Of a DNA stretch of 64,000 nucleotides, positions 26,337 through 36,992 are shown one piece after another (position 1 is the first letter of the stretch; each line of letters starts with the position of its first letter). Location of the stretch: contig JAVHQC010000022.1 in the NCBI GenBank assembly GCA_036170915.1, positions 319,420 to 383,419 of the forward strand. The letters are read 5' to 3'. Both the position numbers and the translations under genes were made by a program. Origin of the DNA: Cyanobacteria bacterium auto_48_18. Lineage in GTDB: Bacteria; Cyanobacteriota; Vampirovibrionia; Obscuribacterales; Obscuribacteraceae. The notes under the pieces were generated by a model. That model saw nothing but the letters and a program-made list of their open reading frames with translations, did no database searches and had not been told where the DNA came from.

Positions 26337-27343
26337 TGAATAGTAAGAGTGTAAAACTGGCTCTATATCTAACCGTGCTGCTAACTCTATTTCTTAGCAC
26401 GGCAAATGTTTTCGCTGCGCCGACCGCACAGCCGGCGGCGAATTCTAAAATGCGCAAGCTGGTCTTTCCCAGCCAATTTTCTCTCGGCCGTGTTTACGTC
26501 TATAAAGATCCCGTAGATCCGCATCATTATCCGGACAGCAAAATGGTCGCCGAGGGGCTCGGCCGCTTTGTTGGAGAGGCCAAAGGCACTCTGTCAGTCA
26601 AAGTTCCTGAGCAGGGTGTAGTCTACCTGGTGGCATCTTTTCAGTTAACCGAGCAGCCTGACGTATTGAGACGGCTGGATGCCAATGTGGTTGATTGCTT
26701 GAGTTTTGGTGGCACAGGCATTATGTCCGACCTGGCTACATCATTTAAACCGTTATCGCATTTGACCGGCCTGCGTCATCTTGAATTGTCCATGTGTGAG
26801 GTAACAGACGACTCTTTAGCACCGCTCAGGTCTTTGATTAATCTGGAGCGGTTAACCTGCTTTATGACCGGGATTAACGGCACCTGCTTTAAAGATTTTT
26901 CTGATATGCGCAAACTTACCTATCTCGATTTGTCCGCCAATATCCTTGATAGTAAGACCTATGGCTATTTAAGCAAGCTTCAAAACCTCGAGGCGCTTCA
27001 CCTGAGGCGCTGCGGCGTCAAAGACAGCAACATGAAAGAGATCTGTAGCTTGCAGAAAGTAAAATTTCTCAGTCTCTCCCAGGCTCTGGTGACAGGAAAA
27101 GGGCTCGCTCTTCTTAAGAATATGAAGTCATTGCGCCATCTTGCGCTCAACGACACCAAACTGGCCACCAGCGACCTGCTTATGCTTAAGGGCACACACC
27201 TGCATACCCTCAAACTCCCACTGCCTGCCTACAGTAAAGACGACATGCGTCTACTTCAAAAAGCTCTTCCCGGCACTAAGCTTATTTGCCGAGATGGAAA
27301 AGTTAGCGACTACGAGAAAACTTTATACGGGCCTTTGCATTAG
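26336..27343 (+). CDS. Secreted leucine-rich repeat protein
   Basis: Signal peptide and ~24-aa LRRs (L..L.HL.L....VTD..L..L). TGATG coupling to the acyltransferase stop. Confidence 0.85.
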   Translation: MNSKSVKLALYLTVLLTLFLSTANVFAAPTAQPAANSKMRKLVFPSQFSLGRVYVYKDPVDPHHYPDSKMVAEGLGRFVGEAKGTLSVKVPEQGVVYLVASFQLTEQPDVLRRLDANVVDCLSFGGTGIMSDLATSFKPLSHLTGLRHLELSMCEVTDDSLAPLRSLINLERLTCFMTGINGTCFKDFSDMRKLTYLDLSANILDSKTYGYLSKLQNLEALHLRRCGVKDSNMKEICSLQKVKFLSLSQALVTGKGLALLKNMKSLRHLALNDTKLATSDLLMLKGTHLHTLKLPLPAYSKDDMRLLQKALPGTKLICRDGKVSDYEKTLYGPLH

Positions 27344-27353
27344 CAATACCTTT

Positions 27354-28742
27354 TTATCGACCGCTTTTCACTTCGTCGATTTCATTGAAGCGATAATTGA
27401 AAGTGTACCGAACATCAAGGTAACCAGCTTTAACTTCTTTTGGTAGCGGTTGAAATGGAAATGCTTTGGTGATGGCGGCTACGGCTGCCGATTCTGCCTC
27501 ATGGTCAACCTCGCCCTCATGGGGCAATGCGGTGGTGCTTACGAGAGTACCGTTGGCTTTAATGCGAAATTGAATTATGGCCAGGCGATTTAAACCGCGT
27601 GGCGGAATCCAGAAACTTTTCACCCGGCGGTTGAGCAATTTTAAATAAGCGTGCAGGTCACTAGCTGCGCCGGCACCACCGGCGGAGCGCCCTCCTGATT
27701 GAGTGCGTAAAGTGGCGTCGCCATCATTATCTATAGACTCGATCATGTCTACCGGTCTGGTTTCTGACAGATATGCTTGACCCTGATTGCGATAATCGGC
27801 CGATTTGACAGTGGGGTGCTCAAGGGCCGCGCTGGCAGAATAAGTGGCGAAGTCTACTGATTTATCTCTGTCTTGTGCCACCACTACTGTTTTCCAGTTG
27901 CTCGGTGCCTTAAAAGTCAGTGGAATTTTTCTTCCTGGAATTTCGGTAGTTTCCGTCATTCCCATCATGGCCATTTTTTCCATCTGTGACAGTGGCCTGG
28001 TGGGCTGCTTTTCTGGTTCTCTGATAGGACTTTTGGCAGGTTCATCTCCAGGTTTCTTGACAGGTTCTTTAACCGGTGTTTTAGACGGTTGGTTGACAGG
28101 CTCTTTAACTGGCTCTTTCAGGGGTTCTTCCGCCCTAATAATCGGCGTGGGGCGAACAGGCGCACCAGCTAAATTTTCGCTCGGTGCTGTAATCTGATCA
28201 GCGCTACGCTTTTTTATAGCCGTTTCGACACTGGTGGCTGGTAGTAGATCGTGGTGGTCGACCGCGTCTTTGGGAGATACCAGTTCAATGTCGACAACTT
28301 GCCTGTTGACCACAGGTTTGTGCAAACGAGTGAAGTCGAGTTGAAGCAGAACAATTGCAGCCAGGAGCACCGCCGATGATACCGAAATAGTTAGAGCCGC
28401 CAGCTCCGTAATGTTGGTTTCAGAAAGATCTGAGGGTGTTGCATCGCTGGATAGACGATATTTTAGTTCTTCAATGAGGCCAAGTAAGCGTGAAAGGGAA
28501 TAGAGCAGCAGTAGCATGAGCACCACCGACCAGGCGATAGACTGGGTGGTGCTGTCTGTTAAGACCAGGCAAATAAGCCAGGTGGCGCTCACTCCGCACA
28601 ATAAAATATGTGCCCTGGCCTGCCGCTTCAGTTTAATGGTGCTGGTTGACTGTGCTAAAAGACGCGCCAGAGTGGAGGCACCACTGGTAGTGCCTAAAAA
28701 TTCATCTACCAAAAATTCGTCTGCTAAAAGCGACTTTGCCAC
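27354..28742 (-). CDS. TonB/TolA C-terminal domain membrane protein
   Basis: Three N-terminal TM helices, Pro/Lys/Glu-rich linker (EPVK repeats), and C-terminal YL..L.RRVK.FW.PP...F.I..NG...A.PF.PLP...F.Y. Confidence 0.8.
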   Translation of the reverse strand: MAKSLLADEFLVDEFLGTTSGASTLARLLAQSTSTIKLKRQARAHILLCGVSATWLICLVLTDSTTQSIAWSVVLMLLLLYSLSRLLGLIEELKYRLSSDATPSDLSETNITELAALTISVSSAVLLAAIVLLQLDFTRLHKPVVNRQVVDIELVSPKDAVDHHDLLPATSVETAIKKRSADQITAPSENLAGAPVRPTPIIRAEEPLKEPVKEPVNQPSKTPVKEPVKKPGDEPAKSPIREPEKQPTRPLSQMEKMAMMGMTETTEIPGRKIPLTFKAPSNWKTVVVAQDRDKSVDFATYSASAALEHPTVKSADYRNQGQAYLSETRPVDMIESIDNDGDATLRTQSGGRSAGGAGAASDLHAYLKLLNRRVKSFWIPPRGLNRLAIIQFRIKANGTLVSTTALPHEGEVDHEAESAAVAAITKAFPFQPLPKEVKAGYLDVRYTFNYRFNEIDEVKSGR

Positions 28743-28759
28743 TTATGACTCTCGGTTAA

Positions 28760-28797
28760 AGCAACAAGGCCCCATGTTATCATGAGGCCCTGTTGCT
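28760..28797 (-). terminator. Strong hairpin between the AAA ATPase and TonB-like genes
   Basis: AGCAACA-AGGCCC-CATG-ttat-CATG-AGGCCC-TGTTGCT, followed by a short T run on the minus strand. Confidence 0.55.
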
Positions 28798-28851
28798 AAA
28801 TGGTGAGTAGCGTCTAATTTAGCTTTTGGCTAACTAGCTTTCGATTACTGA

Positions 28852-30135
28852 TTATTTGCCCATTGCGGCGAAGTAAACAGCGCAAGCGTGGTCCAGATAC
28901 TCTCTTGAGAGTCTGGGGTCGGTTTGCAAGAACGCACAGAGGTTAATAACCTGGTCAACGATGTCGCGTGGGTGGCAGCAACGCATCATGCGCTTACCGC
29001 TTCTGTATTGCGACTCAATCAGGTAGTTCACAGCTTCTTCATTGTATGGAACGCCGGTGCGCTGGCAATACTGCAAGAAGATCCATTTGAATTCGTCTTC
29101 AGTTGGATTGGTGATGTTGATCTTGTAAGGAATACGTCTCAGGAACGCTTCGTCAACAAGGTCGGCTGGGTTCAAGTTTGTGGAGAAGACGATCAACTGT
29201 TCAAACGGCACTTCCAGTTTTTTACCGGTGTGCAGTGTCAGGTAGTCAACACGCTTTTCTAAAGGCACAATCCATCTATTCAAAAGTGATTTGTGGTCGA
29301 TTCTCTGGCGGCCAAAGTCATCGATCAGAAGCAAACCGCAGTTGCTCTTAAGTTGAATGGGCGCTTCGTACAGCTTGGTACCATAGTCGAACTGTAGTTC
29401 GAGCATATCAATCGTCAACTCACCACCCACCACTACGCAAGGGCGCTGAATGCGAACCCAGCGGTGGTCGTAGTCTCTTGGATAGTTGGCTGCAGATACC
29501 TGTTCGTGGTTGTGGTTATCGTATACGCGGATGATCTGACCGTCGATTTCAACTGCGTAAGGAATGAAGATGTGGCCTTTGAAGGAGCGCACAATTCTTT
29601 CTGCAATGGAGGTCTTGCCATTGCCGGCTTCACCAAAGAGGAACATCCCGCGGCCGGAGTTAATAGCTGGACCAACGGCGTTAATGGTTCGACGGTTGAC
29701 CATGATGTCTGAGAAAGCAACTTCAAGGTCACGAGGAGTGACATGCTCGCGGCGAATGGTCTGATATTTCAAAGAGTCGATGTAACGGCTCCATGGCACA
29801 GGACATGCGCCAACATAAGCGTTGTGGTCGAAGTAAGCGCGGGCTCTGTCGCGGCCTTTTTCTGTTGGAGTGTATTCGTAGTCAGCTAGACCACCTGAAC
29901 TTTTCACTTCAATCAGCAATTGCTTTTTCAGTACTTCAAGAATTTCTTCGATAATCTTGAATGGAAGCATGGTCCTTGAGGCGATTTCGCGACCCAGGGC
30001 AAAGTTAACCATGTAAATGTCTTTGAGAATCAGCTCTTCTAAAAAGCCTTCTTTCATGCCGGTTTCGGCGATGGTTGAAGGGTATGGAGGAACGAACTCT
30101 TGTTGCTGCTGCGCTCCGGTTCTTACCTGTTGCAT
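28852..30135 (-). CDS. AAA+ family ATPase with N-terminal winged-helix-like region
   Basis: Walker A GEAGNGKT, Walker B LLIDDFGRQ, FSTN sensor and AFLRRI arginine finger. Confidence 0.88.
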   Translation of the reverse strand: MQQVRTGAQQQQEFVPPYPSTIAETGMKEGFLEELILKDIYMVNFALGREIASRTMLPFKIIEEILEVLKKQLLIEVKSSGGLADYEYTPTEKGRDRARAYFDHNAYVGACPVPWSRYIDSLKYQTIRREHVTPRDLEVAFSDIMVNRRTINAVGPAINSGRGMFLFGEAGNGKTSIAERIVRSFKGHIFIPYAVEIDGQIIRVYDNHNHEQVSAANYPRDYDHRWVRIQRPCVVVGGELTIDMLELQFDYGTKLYEAPIQLKSNCGLLLIDDFGRQRIDHKSLLNRWIVPLEKRVDYLTLHTGKKLEVPFEQLIVFSTNLNPADLVDEAFLRRIPYKINITNPTEDEFKWIFLQYCQRTGVPYNEEAVNYLIESQYRSGKRMMRCCHPRDIVDQVINLCAFLQTDPRLSREYLDHACAVYFAAMGK

Positions 30136-30369
30136 TTCTTTTCTCTTTTTAGCCTCGTAGAGCCAATCGTTGTCGCCATCAGCCGTTTTTAGAGCCGAAG
30201 GTATTTTTTCGTTTCGCCCGCGATTGTCGCGATAACCTGGCGATCAGCTCGTGGTGGTGTTTTCGTTCGTCTCTTGGAAACGCACTGTTAAACACACACT
30301 TTTAGAGCGTATCGTGCAAGTATACTCACTTTAGCGCGTTCAGACAGTTTCTACTAGCTCTTGGCAGCA

Positions 30370-33132
30370 TTATTTGCGGCCTTTAGTATGGGCAAGGCTC
30401 TTAATATGTGCCGACATCTGGGTCAATTCATCCAGTCGATCATCGCCGCCAAATCTATCTTCGCAATATATTTCCATAAACTGGCTCACCACGCCGGGCA
30501 GCTTTTCAGGAATATAGGCACCGGTTTCGGCTAGCTCGGCGAAGCGATCGCTCAATCGCAGAGTCAATTCATCAGCGGTTTCGGTGGGATGTTTAAGCAA
30601 TTCGTAACGCTTTAATTCTGTCAACACATCAAGGAAAATCAAGGTGGATGGTTTGTGCGTCTGCATAAAGTCTTTTAGTTGCGCTTCTTTACGCTGCCTC
30701 AAGTAGACGAATAAAACCACCAGCAAAATCAGAGTAGCGATCACCACCACGCTATATTTCAGAATTTGTTGCATGGTTCCCTGGTCAACTGTGCCAAGCA
30801 CCGGCAGCTGCATTTTCTGATTTTTGCTTTTGTCAGTGTCAAGATTCCAGAAGTCGTTCTTCTTCTGCTCTTTATCTCCCTCTTTGCCTTGCTCGCCATT
30901 TTGTGAGCCGGCAGTTTTCTTGCTTTTTCGGGAAGCTGCATAGCTCTGTCCGAAAGGGTTGGCTAGACCGCTCCTGATGAAGCGGCTGAGAGCATTGCCG
31001 CCTTCTTCGTGGGCCGGTAACTGGCCACCAGGGGTGGCATCAAATGGCACCCAGTTCCAGTAGGGCAAATAAATTTCAGCCCAGACGTGGCTGTTTTTGC
31101 CTTTAATTTCGTAAAAACCTGTGGTTTTGTTCAGCTCCCCAGGGGTGAATCCGGTCACCAGGCGGGTAGGAATGCCCTGGGCGCGGCAAAGCAGAGCAAA
31201 AGCGGTGGCAAACTGTCGGCAGTCGCCTTGTTTATTCACGAAGAGAAAATCTTCCGCCAAATTACCCTCTGTTTTTTTCGCTTCGGTCTCTGTCTCCGCG
31301 ACGCTCTTCTCGGTAAAACTGGTGGTGTTGTATTTGTAATTTTTACGCAGATGTTCGGCGATGCGATCTGCTTTTAAGAACCAGTTGCCTTCTGCTCCTG
31401 TAATTTCTAAAGAGAGTTTTTCAATCTTGTCTGAAGTGGCATCACTGGCCCTTGCGAGGCAACTTTTTGCCAGCTTAATTTCACTGTCGCGTTCTTCACC
31501 CACTTGTTCAATAGTTTCAGGAGGCAACCGGCGCATTTGTTCAAAGTCATACACAGGTATTTGCGATGTGACGCTGAAGCTCGATCCTTGATTCAGGGCC
31601 TGAGGCAGTTTGATGGCACCATCACCATCAATTTTGATCTCTTCGCGCGCATCTTTTTTGTTTGAGCCTTCGCTTTCGCCTTTAATTTTGACCAGCTGTG
31701 GAATCCAGCTATGGGGCAAAATGTGGCCGAATACATTGTCTTTCTCAATGCGAAAATCTTGTTTCACTTCCAGTGTAGGCAGATTTGGCGGCACGTAAAC
31801 CGCGTCGCTGGCAGTGAGGTCGAAGCCTAATTTATCTGTAGGTCCGTTGGCGATATCTGTGGGATTAACCGGATAAGAGCGCGACCATTTCAGTCCGTCA
31901 AAATTGTTTAGCGTATACCTTCTGACGTATGTAGGCTGAGGCGAAGCGACTTTTAAAACCACAGTTTCAAGCTGGCTGGCGCTGCCGTCTAAGTCAACAG
32001 TTTCGCGCTCATGGGCTTCTTTTAGAGCTTTTTCCATGGCGGCCCGCTTCAGCGCTTCTGGATCTTTAGCACCAGATTTGGGGCCGAGGCCAGCCTGGCC
32101 TCGTTTGCCATCTTTGCCGCCGCTGATGCCACCAGAGTGACCAGTGCCGTCTCCTGGCCGTGAGTCAAGTTTTTCTTTGTCTGGCCGGGCACCGCTGGCG
32201 GTGCCATCTTCGCCGCCGCCTTTAACTGTATAACTGGCACCACCTTGTGCTTTCGAGTCAGGTGCGCCGCCTCTTATAGATTGGCTGTGGCCGCCTTTTC
32301 CCAGCTGGCCGCTTAAATTGGCCGATACAGGAAAACGCGCTCTGACAAAATTGTCTTTGAAAATATCGATGACCGAATCAATGCGCGGCATGCTGTTAAA
32401 AGCTAAGACACTGAGAAATGGTAATGCGAAAACCGGAATTAGCGCCGCCATAGAGGCCACGCGCAAGCGCTTTACCACTTGTTCTACATTGGTTACGGCA
32501 CCTAGGCCACCTGGAGCCCCTGGGCCAGCGGCGGCAGCAGCGGCCACTGCGCGCGACGGGCCAATTTCGTGAGAGCGCGAAGACGAATCATAAAAGAGAA
32601 GCAAACCGGCGAGAATGGTGTAGGTAAAAATGTAAAATCCGTAGACCAGATCTTTGGCCATGCCGGCAAGGCAAGTAAGCAAACCAAGGCCAATTAAGGC
32701 TGAGATGGAAAAGTCGGTGCGGCTGCGTAAGTCGAAGCAATGCAGGGCGAGCAAACCGGTGAGCATATGAATAAAGGCTCCCACAGCGGTTTGCGTGGCG
32801 CTCGAGTAACCTGTGAAGAGTTCAAAAAAGAAATTGGTAAAGAGCACCATGGTGGCAACAGTAGGAATGGTGCCAACCCAGGCCGGGCGATTGTCTCTAT
32901 AAATGTACGCCAGATAACTGCCCAGAATTGCAGTCATAGAAAAGAGAAAAGTAGTCAGCGGTAAAGTCGGAACGTAGCTGGCTGAAGCAAGTATCAGTAA
33001 AAGATTCATGATCATGGCCACGATTCTGATACCGAGCGATTGTTCTGCCCGCACTTCTTTTTTCTTTTTTGCCGTCGCAGCTTTAGCAGCTTTAGGAGGT
33101 TTAGCAGCTGGTTTTTTCTTCAGGGTGTTCAC
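30370..33132 (-). CDS. Transglutaminase-domain membrane protein (TgpA/DUF3488 type)
   Basis: Multi-TM N-terminus; G.CRQFATA..LL.R..GIP.R.V.GF, HVWAEIY and W..FDATP give the Cys-His-Asp triad. Confidence 0.92.
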   Translation of the reverse strand: MNTLKKKPAAKPPKAAKAATAKKKKEVRAEQSLGIRIVAMIMNLLLILASASYVPTLPLTTFLFSMTAILGSYLAYIYRDNRPAWVGTIPTVATMVLFTNFFFELFTGYSSATQTAVGAFIHMLTGLLALHCFDLRSRTDFSISALIGLGLLTCLAGMAKDLVYGFYIFTYTILAGLLLFYDSSSRSHEIGPSRAVAAAAAAGPGAPGGLGAVTNVEQVVKRLRVASMAALIPVFALPFLSVLAFNSMPRIDSVIDIFKDNFVRARFPVSANLSGQLGKGGHSQSIRGGAPDSKAQGGASYTVKGGGEDGTASGARPDKEKLDSRPGDGTGHSGGISGGKDGKRGQAGLGPKSGAKDPEALKRAAMEKALKEAHERETVDLDGSASQLETVVLKVASPQPTYVRRYTLNNFDGLKWSRSYPVNPTDIANGPTDKLGFDLTASDAVYVPPNLPTLEVKQDFRIEKDNVFGHILPHSWIPQLVKIKGESEGSNKKDAREEIKIDGDGAIKLPQALNQGSSFSVTSQIPVYDFEQMRRLPPETIEQVGEERDSEIKLAKSCLARASDATSDKIEKLSLEITGAEGNWFLKADRIAEHLRKNYKYNTTSFTEKSVAETETEAKKTEGNLAEDFLFVNKQGDCRQFATAFALLCRAQGIPTRLVTGFTPGELNKTTGFYEIKGKNSHVWAEIYLPYWNWVPFDATPGGQLPAHEEGGNALSRFIRSGLANPFGQSYAASRKSKKTAGSQNGEQGKEGDKEQKKNDFWNLDTDKSKNQKMQLPVLGTVDQGTMQQILKYSVVVIATLILLVVLFVYLRQRKEAQLKDFMQTHKPSTLIFLDVLTELKRYELLKHPTETADELTLRLSDRFAELAETGAYIPEKLPGVVSQFMEIYCEDRFGGDDRLDELTQMSAHIKSLAHTKGRK

Positions 33133-34790
33133 AGGTGCGGCATCTCCTCATATTCGGAGAGCGTAGCCAGCACGCGGCCTGGAGGTGCGGAGCTGCCCGG
33201 TACTGCCGGCCCTTGCCGGCGGTCACCTGAACCTAGCGCGTGCAGCGGAATGCGCGCCTTGTTAGATAATGCGTCATCGAGAGCGTCACTTTCATTCAGT
33301 CTGTCAGAGTCTGCTTCAAGATAGGCCCGTGACATAACCCAGACATCAACTTGTTTTGGTGAGGCTGCCGGAGGCGCCATCATCACAGTGCGATCTTGCG
33401 GAACTTCAACGGCTTCATCTCCGTTTTGGTCTCCACCCTGATTTTGATCGGCTACATTGGCCTGATAGGCTTCAAGCGCCTCGGCGCTAACGGCGGCAGG
33501 GCGAATCGTCAACAACGCTAAAGTTTCTGCGTCACCCACTCGAGGCACCTTTACCGAATAATCGGGGCTGTCTACCGTCAATGCATCCACTCTAGCAAGA
33601 ATTTGCGCAGCCCACCCGATACCAGGGGCAAGTGGCGGCAAGTCAGTGAGAATGGACGGCAACTTGTCTAAATCTTCGTCCAGGCTGGGAATGACAAAGA
33701 GCTCAGGCGAGCCACCCAGTTTGTAACCCAGTTGCAAAAGCGAAAGTGCCGTGGACACCGCTAGCTCAAATTGATCTTCGCTCTGCCAGGCAGAAGTTAA
33801 ATCGAGCAATACGTCAAAGCCTGGTAAACCTTCTGATTCAAATTCGCGAATCATTAGCTTGCCTGTGCGAGCGCTGGTGGGCCAGTGAATCAAACGTGGG
33901 CTGTCGCCCTGGCGAAACTCACGCAGTGAGCGCACTGAGGATGAAGAAAGAGCGGCAATGGGCCTTGATGAAGAGAAAAACAAAGCGGAGTCGCCCACAG
34001 CCCTTAGTCGAAATAGAAAATTTCCTTCAACACTATCGGTGCGAGGAAAAACAATCATTTGCGGCGCACTGCCTGTGGTGCGTGCTGCATCCGCTGCCTG
34101 AATACTCGTGTAAGTGGCGGTCTGACTGTGTCTTTCTTCAGTGAAGCGAGTTGTGAGCGGGTAACTTTTAACCCACCAGGCCAGGCCAAATGGATAGCAG
34201 GAGTAAATTTCAATTGATTGCAGGCTGTAAATTCCCCGCCGCAATTTAGGCGTTTGTGCCACTACCCAGGCTTCTTTTGTTAGCTGTTCCACCATAATCG
34301 AGCGCAGCATATTTTCTTTTTCGCCCTGGCGCGTCAATTTAATTTTCACCAGCAGCCATTTGATCGGAAAGAGCTTGGCTAAAGGGCCCCACCAATTTTT
34401 GCGCACCACTTTAACCCGCAAATTAAGCCGTTCTTTCGAAACTGCTTCTTTGGGCAAATTGAACTGCACATTGGTTTCTAAAACTTGCATGAGCGGAATG
34501 AAGACGCCCAGAGCCAGCGCTGAAACCGCAATTGCTGTAAGCAAATAAATATACTCGCTGCCGGTTTCACCAGCGAAAATATACAGCACTGCAATTATTG
34601 TGACCATCACAAAAAATCGCTCTTCCACCACCAGCTTTAAGTGCGTGCTGGTGAAGGGGATAGTCAGTCTGATTCCTTTCAGGCCACTTTCTTCTTCTAC
34701 AGCCCTGGCGCGTTTTTCTGCCTCGGGGCCGGTAGCGAACCTAAACCGGAACGGGGACTTCTTCGAGGATTCTTTCAATAAGTTGAGCAT
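33129..34790 (-). CDS. DUF58 domain protein
   Basis: RRG.Y, S.YPFGL and LREFRQGDSPRLIHW.TSAR.GKL.IREFE motifs. Confidence 0.92.
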   Translation of the reverse strand: MLNLLKESSKKSPFRFRFATGPEAEKRARAVEEESGLKGIRLTIPFTSTHLKLVVEERFFVMVTIIAVLYIFAGETGSEYIYLLTAIAVSALALGVFIPLMQVLETNVQFNLPKEAVSKERLNLRVKVVRKNWWGPLAKLFPIKWLLVKIKLTRQGEKENMLRSIMVEQLTKEAWVVAQTPKLRRGIYSLQSIEIYSCYPFGLAWWVKSYPLTTRFTEERHSQTATYTSIQAADAARTTGSAPQMIVFPRTDSVEGNFLFRLRAVGDSALFFSSSRPIAALSSSSVRSLREFRQGDSPRLIHWPTSARTGKLMIREFESEGLPGFDVLLDLTSAWQSEDQFELAVSTALSLLQLGYKLGGSPELFVIPSLDEDLDKLPSILTDLPPLAPGIGWAAQILARVDALTVDSPDYSVKVPRVGDAETLALLTIRPAAVSAEALEAYQANVADQNQGGDQNGDEAVEVPQDRTVMMAPPAASPKQVDVWVMSRAYLEADSDRLNESDALDDALSNKARIPLHALGSGDRRQGPAVPGSSAPPGRVLATLSEYEEMPHL

Positions 34791-35724
34791 GACTAACCCG
34801 GTTGTCTCTTACCTTGGGAATGATTCTGTGTCCCAACACATATGGCGCCAGAAGTTTTACGTCGTCAGGCTTGACGTAATGGCGACCATCAACAAGTGCG
34901 GCCGACTGTGCCGCCCGCATCAACAACTGGCTGCCCCGGGGGCTGACCCCGAGCACAATTGATGGATGTTTGCGAGTGGCGCCCACAATAGAGACTATGT
35001 AATTTTTGATTGATTGATCAACCACGATTGTTTTGACTACATGCTTTGCTTCCAGCACTTCATCTTCCGTCAAAACCGCTTCCACTGTGAAAGATGCTTC
35101 GTTAAGGGTCTTATCGAGAATTTCAACTTCTTGCCTGGGAGTTGGATAACCAAGCGATAGCGAAATCATAAATCGGTCTAACTGGGCTTCAGGCAGTGGA
35201 AACGTACCGTGATATTCAATTGGGTTTTCTGTGGCGATGACGAAAAACAGGTCGGGCAATCTGCGCGTGGCACCATCTGTGGTGACCTGGTTTTCTTCCA
35301 TCGCTTCCAGCAAACTTGACTGTGTTCGCGGAGTGGCGCGGTTAATTTCATCGGCGAGCAGAATGTTTGTGAAAATCGGCCCGGGCATGAATTTGAAAAC
35401 GCCCTCTTTAGCCTCGAAAATGCTCACGCCGCTTATGTCTGAAGGTAGAAGGTCGGGAGTACACTGAATACGCTTGAACTTGGCATGCACCGAAAGCGCC
35501 AGTGTTTTAGCCAGCAAGGTTTTGCCCACGCCGGGTACGTCTTCAATCAGTGCGTGGCCGCCGGCCAGCAGAGTGACTACTGAAAGCTTGGTGGCATGTT
35601 CTTGCCCCACCAGCACACTGTTAATGTTGTCGAGTAATAGTTTTACTTTGGGTGCCAGGGCCTGAACCATAAAGGCTGGACTACTCGATTCTTTAATCTG
35701 AACGTCTTCGAAGTCGGACCTCAA
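34741..35724 (-). CDS. moxR: MoxR family AAA+ ATPase
   Basis: EDVPGVGKT, RIQCTPDLLPSD, LADEINRA.PRTQSSLLEAM and PLPEAQLDRF motifs. Confidence 0.95.
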   Translation of the reverse strand: MRSDFEDVQIKESSSPAFMVQALAPKVKLLLDNINSVLVGQEHATKLSVVTLLAGGHALIEDVPGVGKTLLAKTLALSVHAKFKRIQCTPDLLPSDISGVSIFEAKEGVFKFMPGPIFTNILLADEINRATPRTQSSLLEAMEENQVTTDGATRRLPDLFFVIATENPIEYHGTFPLPEAQLDRFMISLSLGYPTPRQEVEILDKTLNEASFTVEAVLTEDEVLEAKHVVKTIVVDQSIKNYIVSIVGATRKHPSIVLGVSPRGSQLLMRAAQSAALVDGRHYVKPDDVKLLAPYVLGHRIIPKVRDNRVSHAQLIERILEEVPVPV

Positions 35725-35868
35725 TGTGCATATCCTCTATTAGTGTTCATCCATTCTAATGGTAATGGGGTCAATCGTAACCACTTACCGGCTGATTGGC
35801 GTTGCCAATATTTCGCCTATCTCTTGACGTGTTAGACTTAAAAGCCGCATGAACAGAGGAACTTCGCT

Positions 35869-36816
35869 ATGGCACTCACTTTCCAACAGGTCATCCATAC
35901 TCTCAATAGTTTTTGGGACAGTCATGGCTGCGTTGTAATGCAGGCTTTTGACCTGGAGAAGGGCGCGTCGACCATGAGCCCCGGCACCTTCTTGCGCGTG
36001 CTTGGCCCTGAACCATGGAAGATGGCTTGTGCCGACCCTTGCCGCCGTCCCACTGATGGCCGCTATGGCGACAATCCCAACCGCCTGCAGCATTATTTTC
36101 AATATCAGGTAATCCTTAAACCCTCTCCTGACAATGTTCAAGAGATTTATCTGGAAAGCTTGAAGCAGCTTGGTATTAATCCGCTCGAGCATGACATCCG
36201 CTTTGTGGAAGATAACTGGGAATCGCCCACGCTCGGTGCCTGGGGTGTTGGCTGGGAAGTCTGGTTGGACGGCCTGGAAATTTCGCAGTTCACTTATTTT
36301 CAGCAGGCTGGTGGCCTGGAAGTGCGGCCGGTTGCCGCTGAAATTACATATGGCCTCGAGCGCCTTTCTATGTATCTGCAAAATGTGGACAGTGTTTATC
36401 AGCTTAAGTGGAATGACCATGTCACTTATGGCGAGCTTTATCACTTAAACGAAGTGCAGCAGTCTGGCTACAATTTTGAGCAAAGCGATCCTGAAATGCT
36501 GCAAACGCTCTTCAATCTGGCTGAGAAAGAGGCACTGCGCCTGCTCGATAATTCGGCAAAAGGTAAACTCAAGCTTGTGTTGCCTGCTTACGAGCAAATT
36601 CTCAAATGTTCGCACGCCTTTAATCTGCTCGATGCGCGCGGAGTGCTCGGGCGTGACGAACGCATGGCCAATATTTTGCGCATTCGCAAACTGTCTGAAC
36701 GAGTGGCGCGTGGTTACCTCGAGCAGAGAATTGAACTCGGATTTCCGCTCATGGCGGAAGAATTACGAGAAGATGCGGTCAATAGCTATAGAGAGCGCTA
36801 TCTCGCGGTTAAGTAG
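35869..36816 (+). CDS. glyQ: Glycine--tRNA ligase alpha subunit
   Basis: [46 protein letters not shown] and EITYGLERL motifs. Confidence 0.97.
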   Translation: MALTFQQVIHTLNSFWDSHGCVVMQAFDLEKGASTMSPGTFLRVLGPEPWKMACADPCRRPTDGRYGDNPNRLQHYFQYQVILKPSPDNVQEIYLESLKQLGINPLEHDIRFVEDNWESPTLGAWGVGWEVWLDGLEISQFTYFQQAGGLEVRPVAAEITYGLERLSMYLQNVDSVYQLKWNDHVTYGELYHLNEVQQSGYNFEQSDPEMLQTLFNLAEKEALRLLDNSAKGKLKLVLPAYEQILKCSHAFNLLDARGVLGRDERMANILRIRKLSERVARGYLEQRIELGFPLMAEELREDAVNSYRERYLAVK

Positions 36817-36992
36817 ATATGGCCGTCTAGCCGGGTGAATGTCGCCTGGATATATCATAAACGCGCTTTGCAAGCGGCAAAGCGCATGATCTTATTTGCG
36901 CTGCGGTGAAATTCGTAGTAGAAATGGGTATATGTTAGCTAGGTGTAAGAAATAGGTTTTCTTTTGCTTCTGTTCCTGGGGTACCACTTAAA

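Noticed and set aside
30161..30174. 14-bp sequence AGCCAATCGTTGTC also present inverted near 44408
   Set aside because: Several 14-bp matches are expected by chance in 64 kb, orientation relative to the genes differs, and no recombinase is present.
35785..36444. 219-aa antisense ORF over glyQ, and similar shadow ORFs (e.g. 6642-7070, 10889-11509, 41638-42210)
   Set aside because: They lie opposite better-supported genes and have no recognisable motifs.
35869..36816. glyQ lacking an adjacent glyS
   Set aside because: Split glyQ and glyS is common in cyanobacteria and several other phyla.
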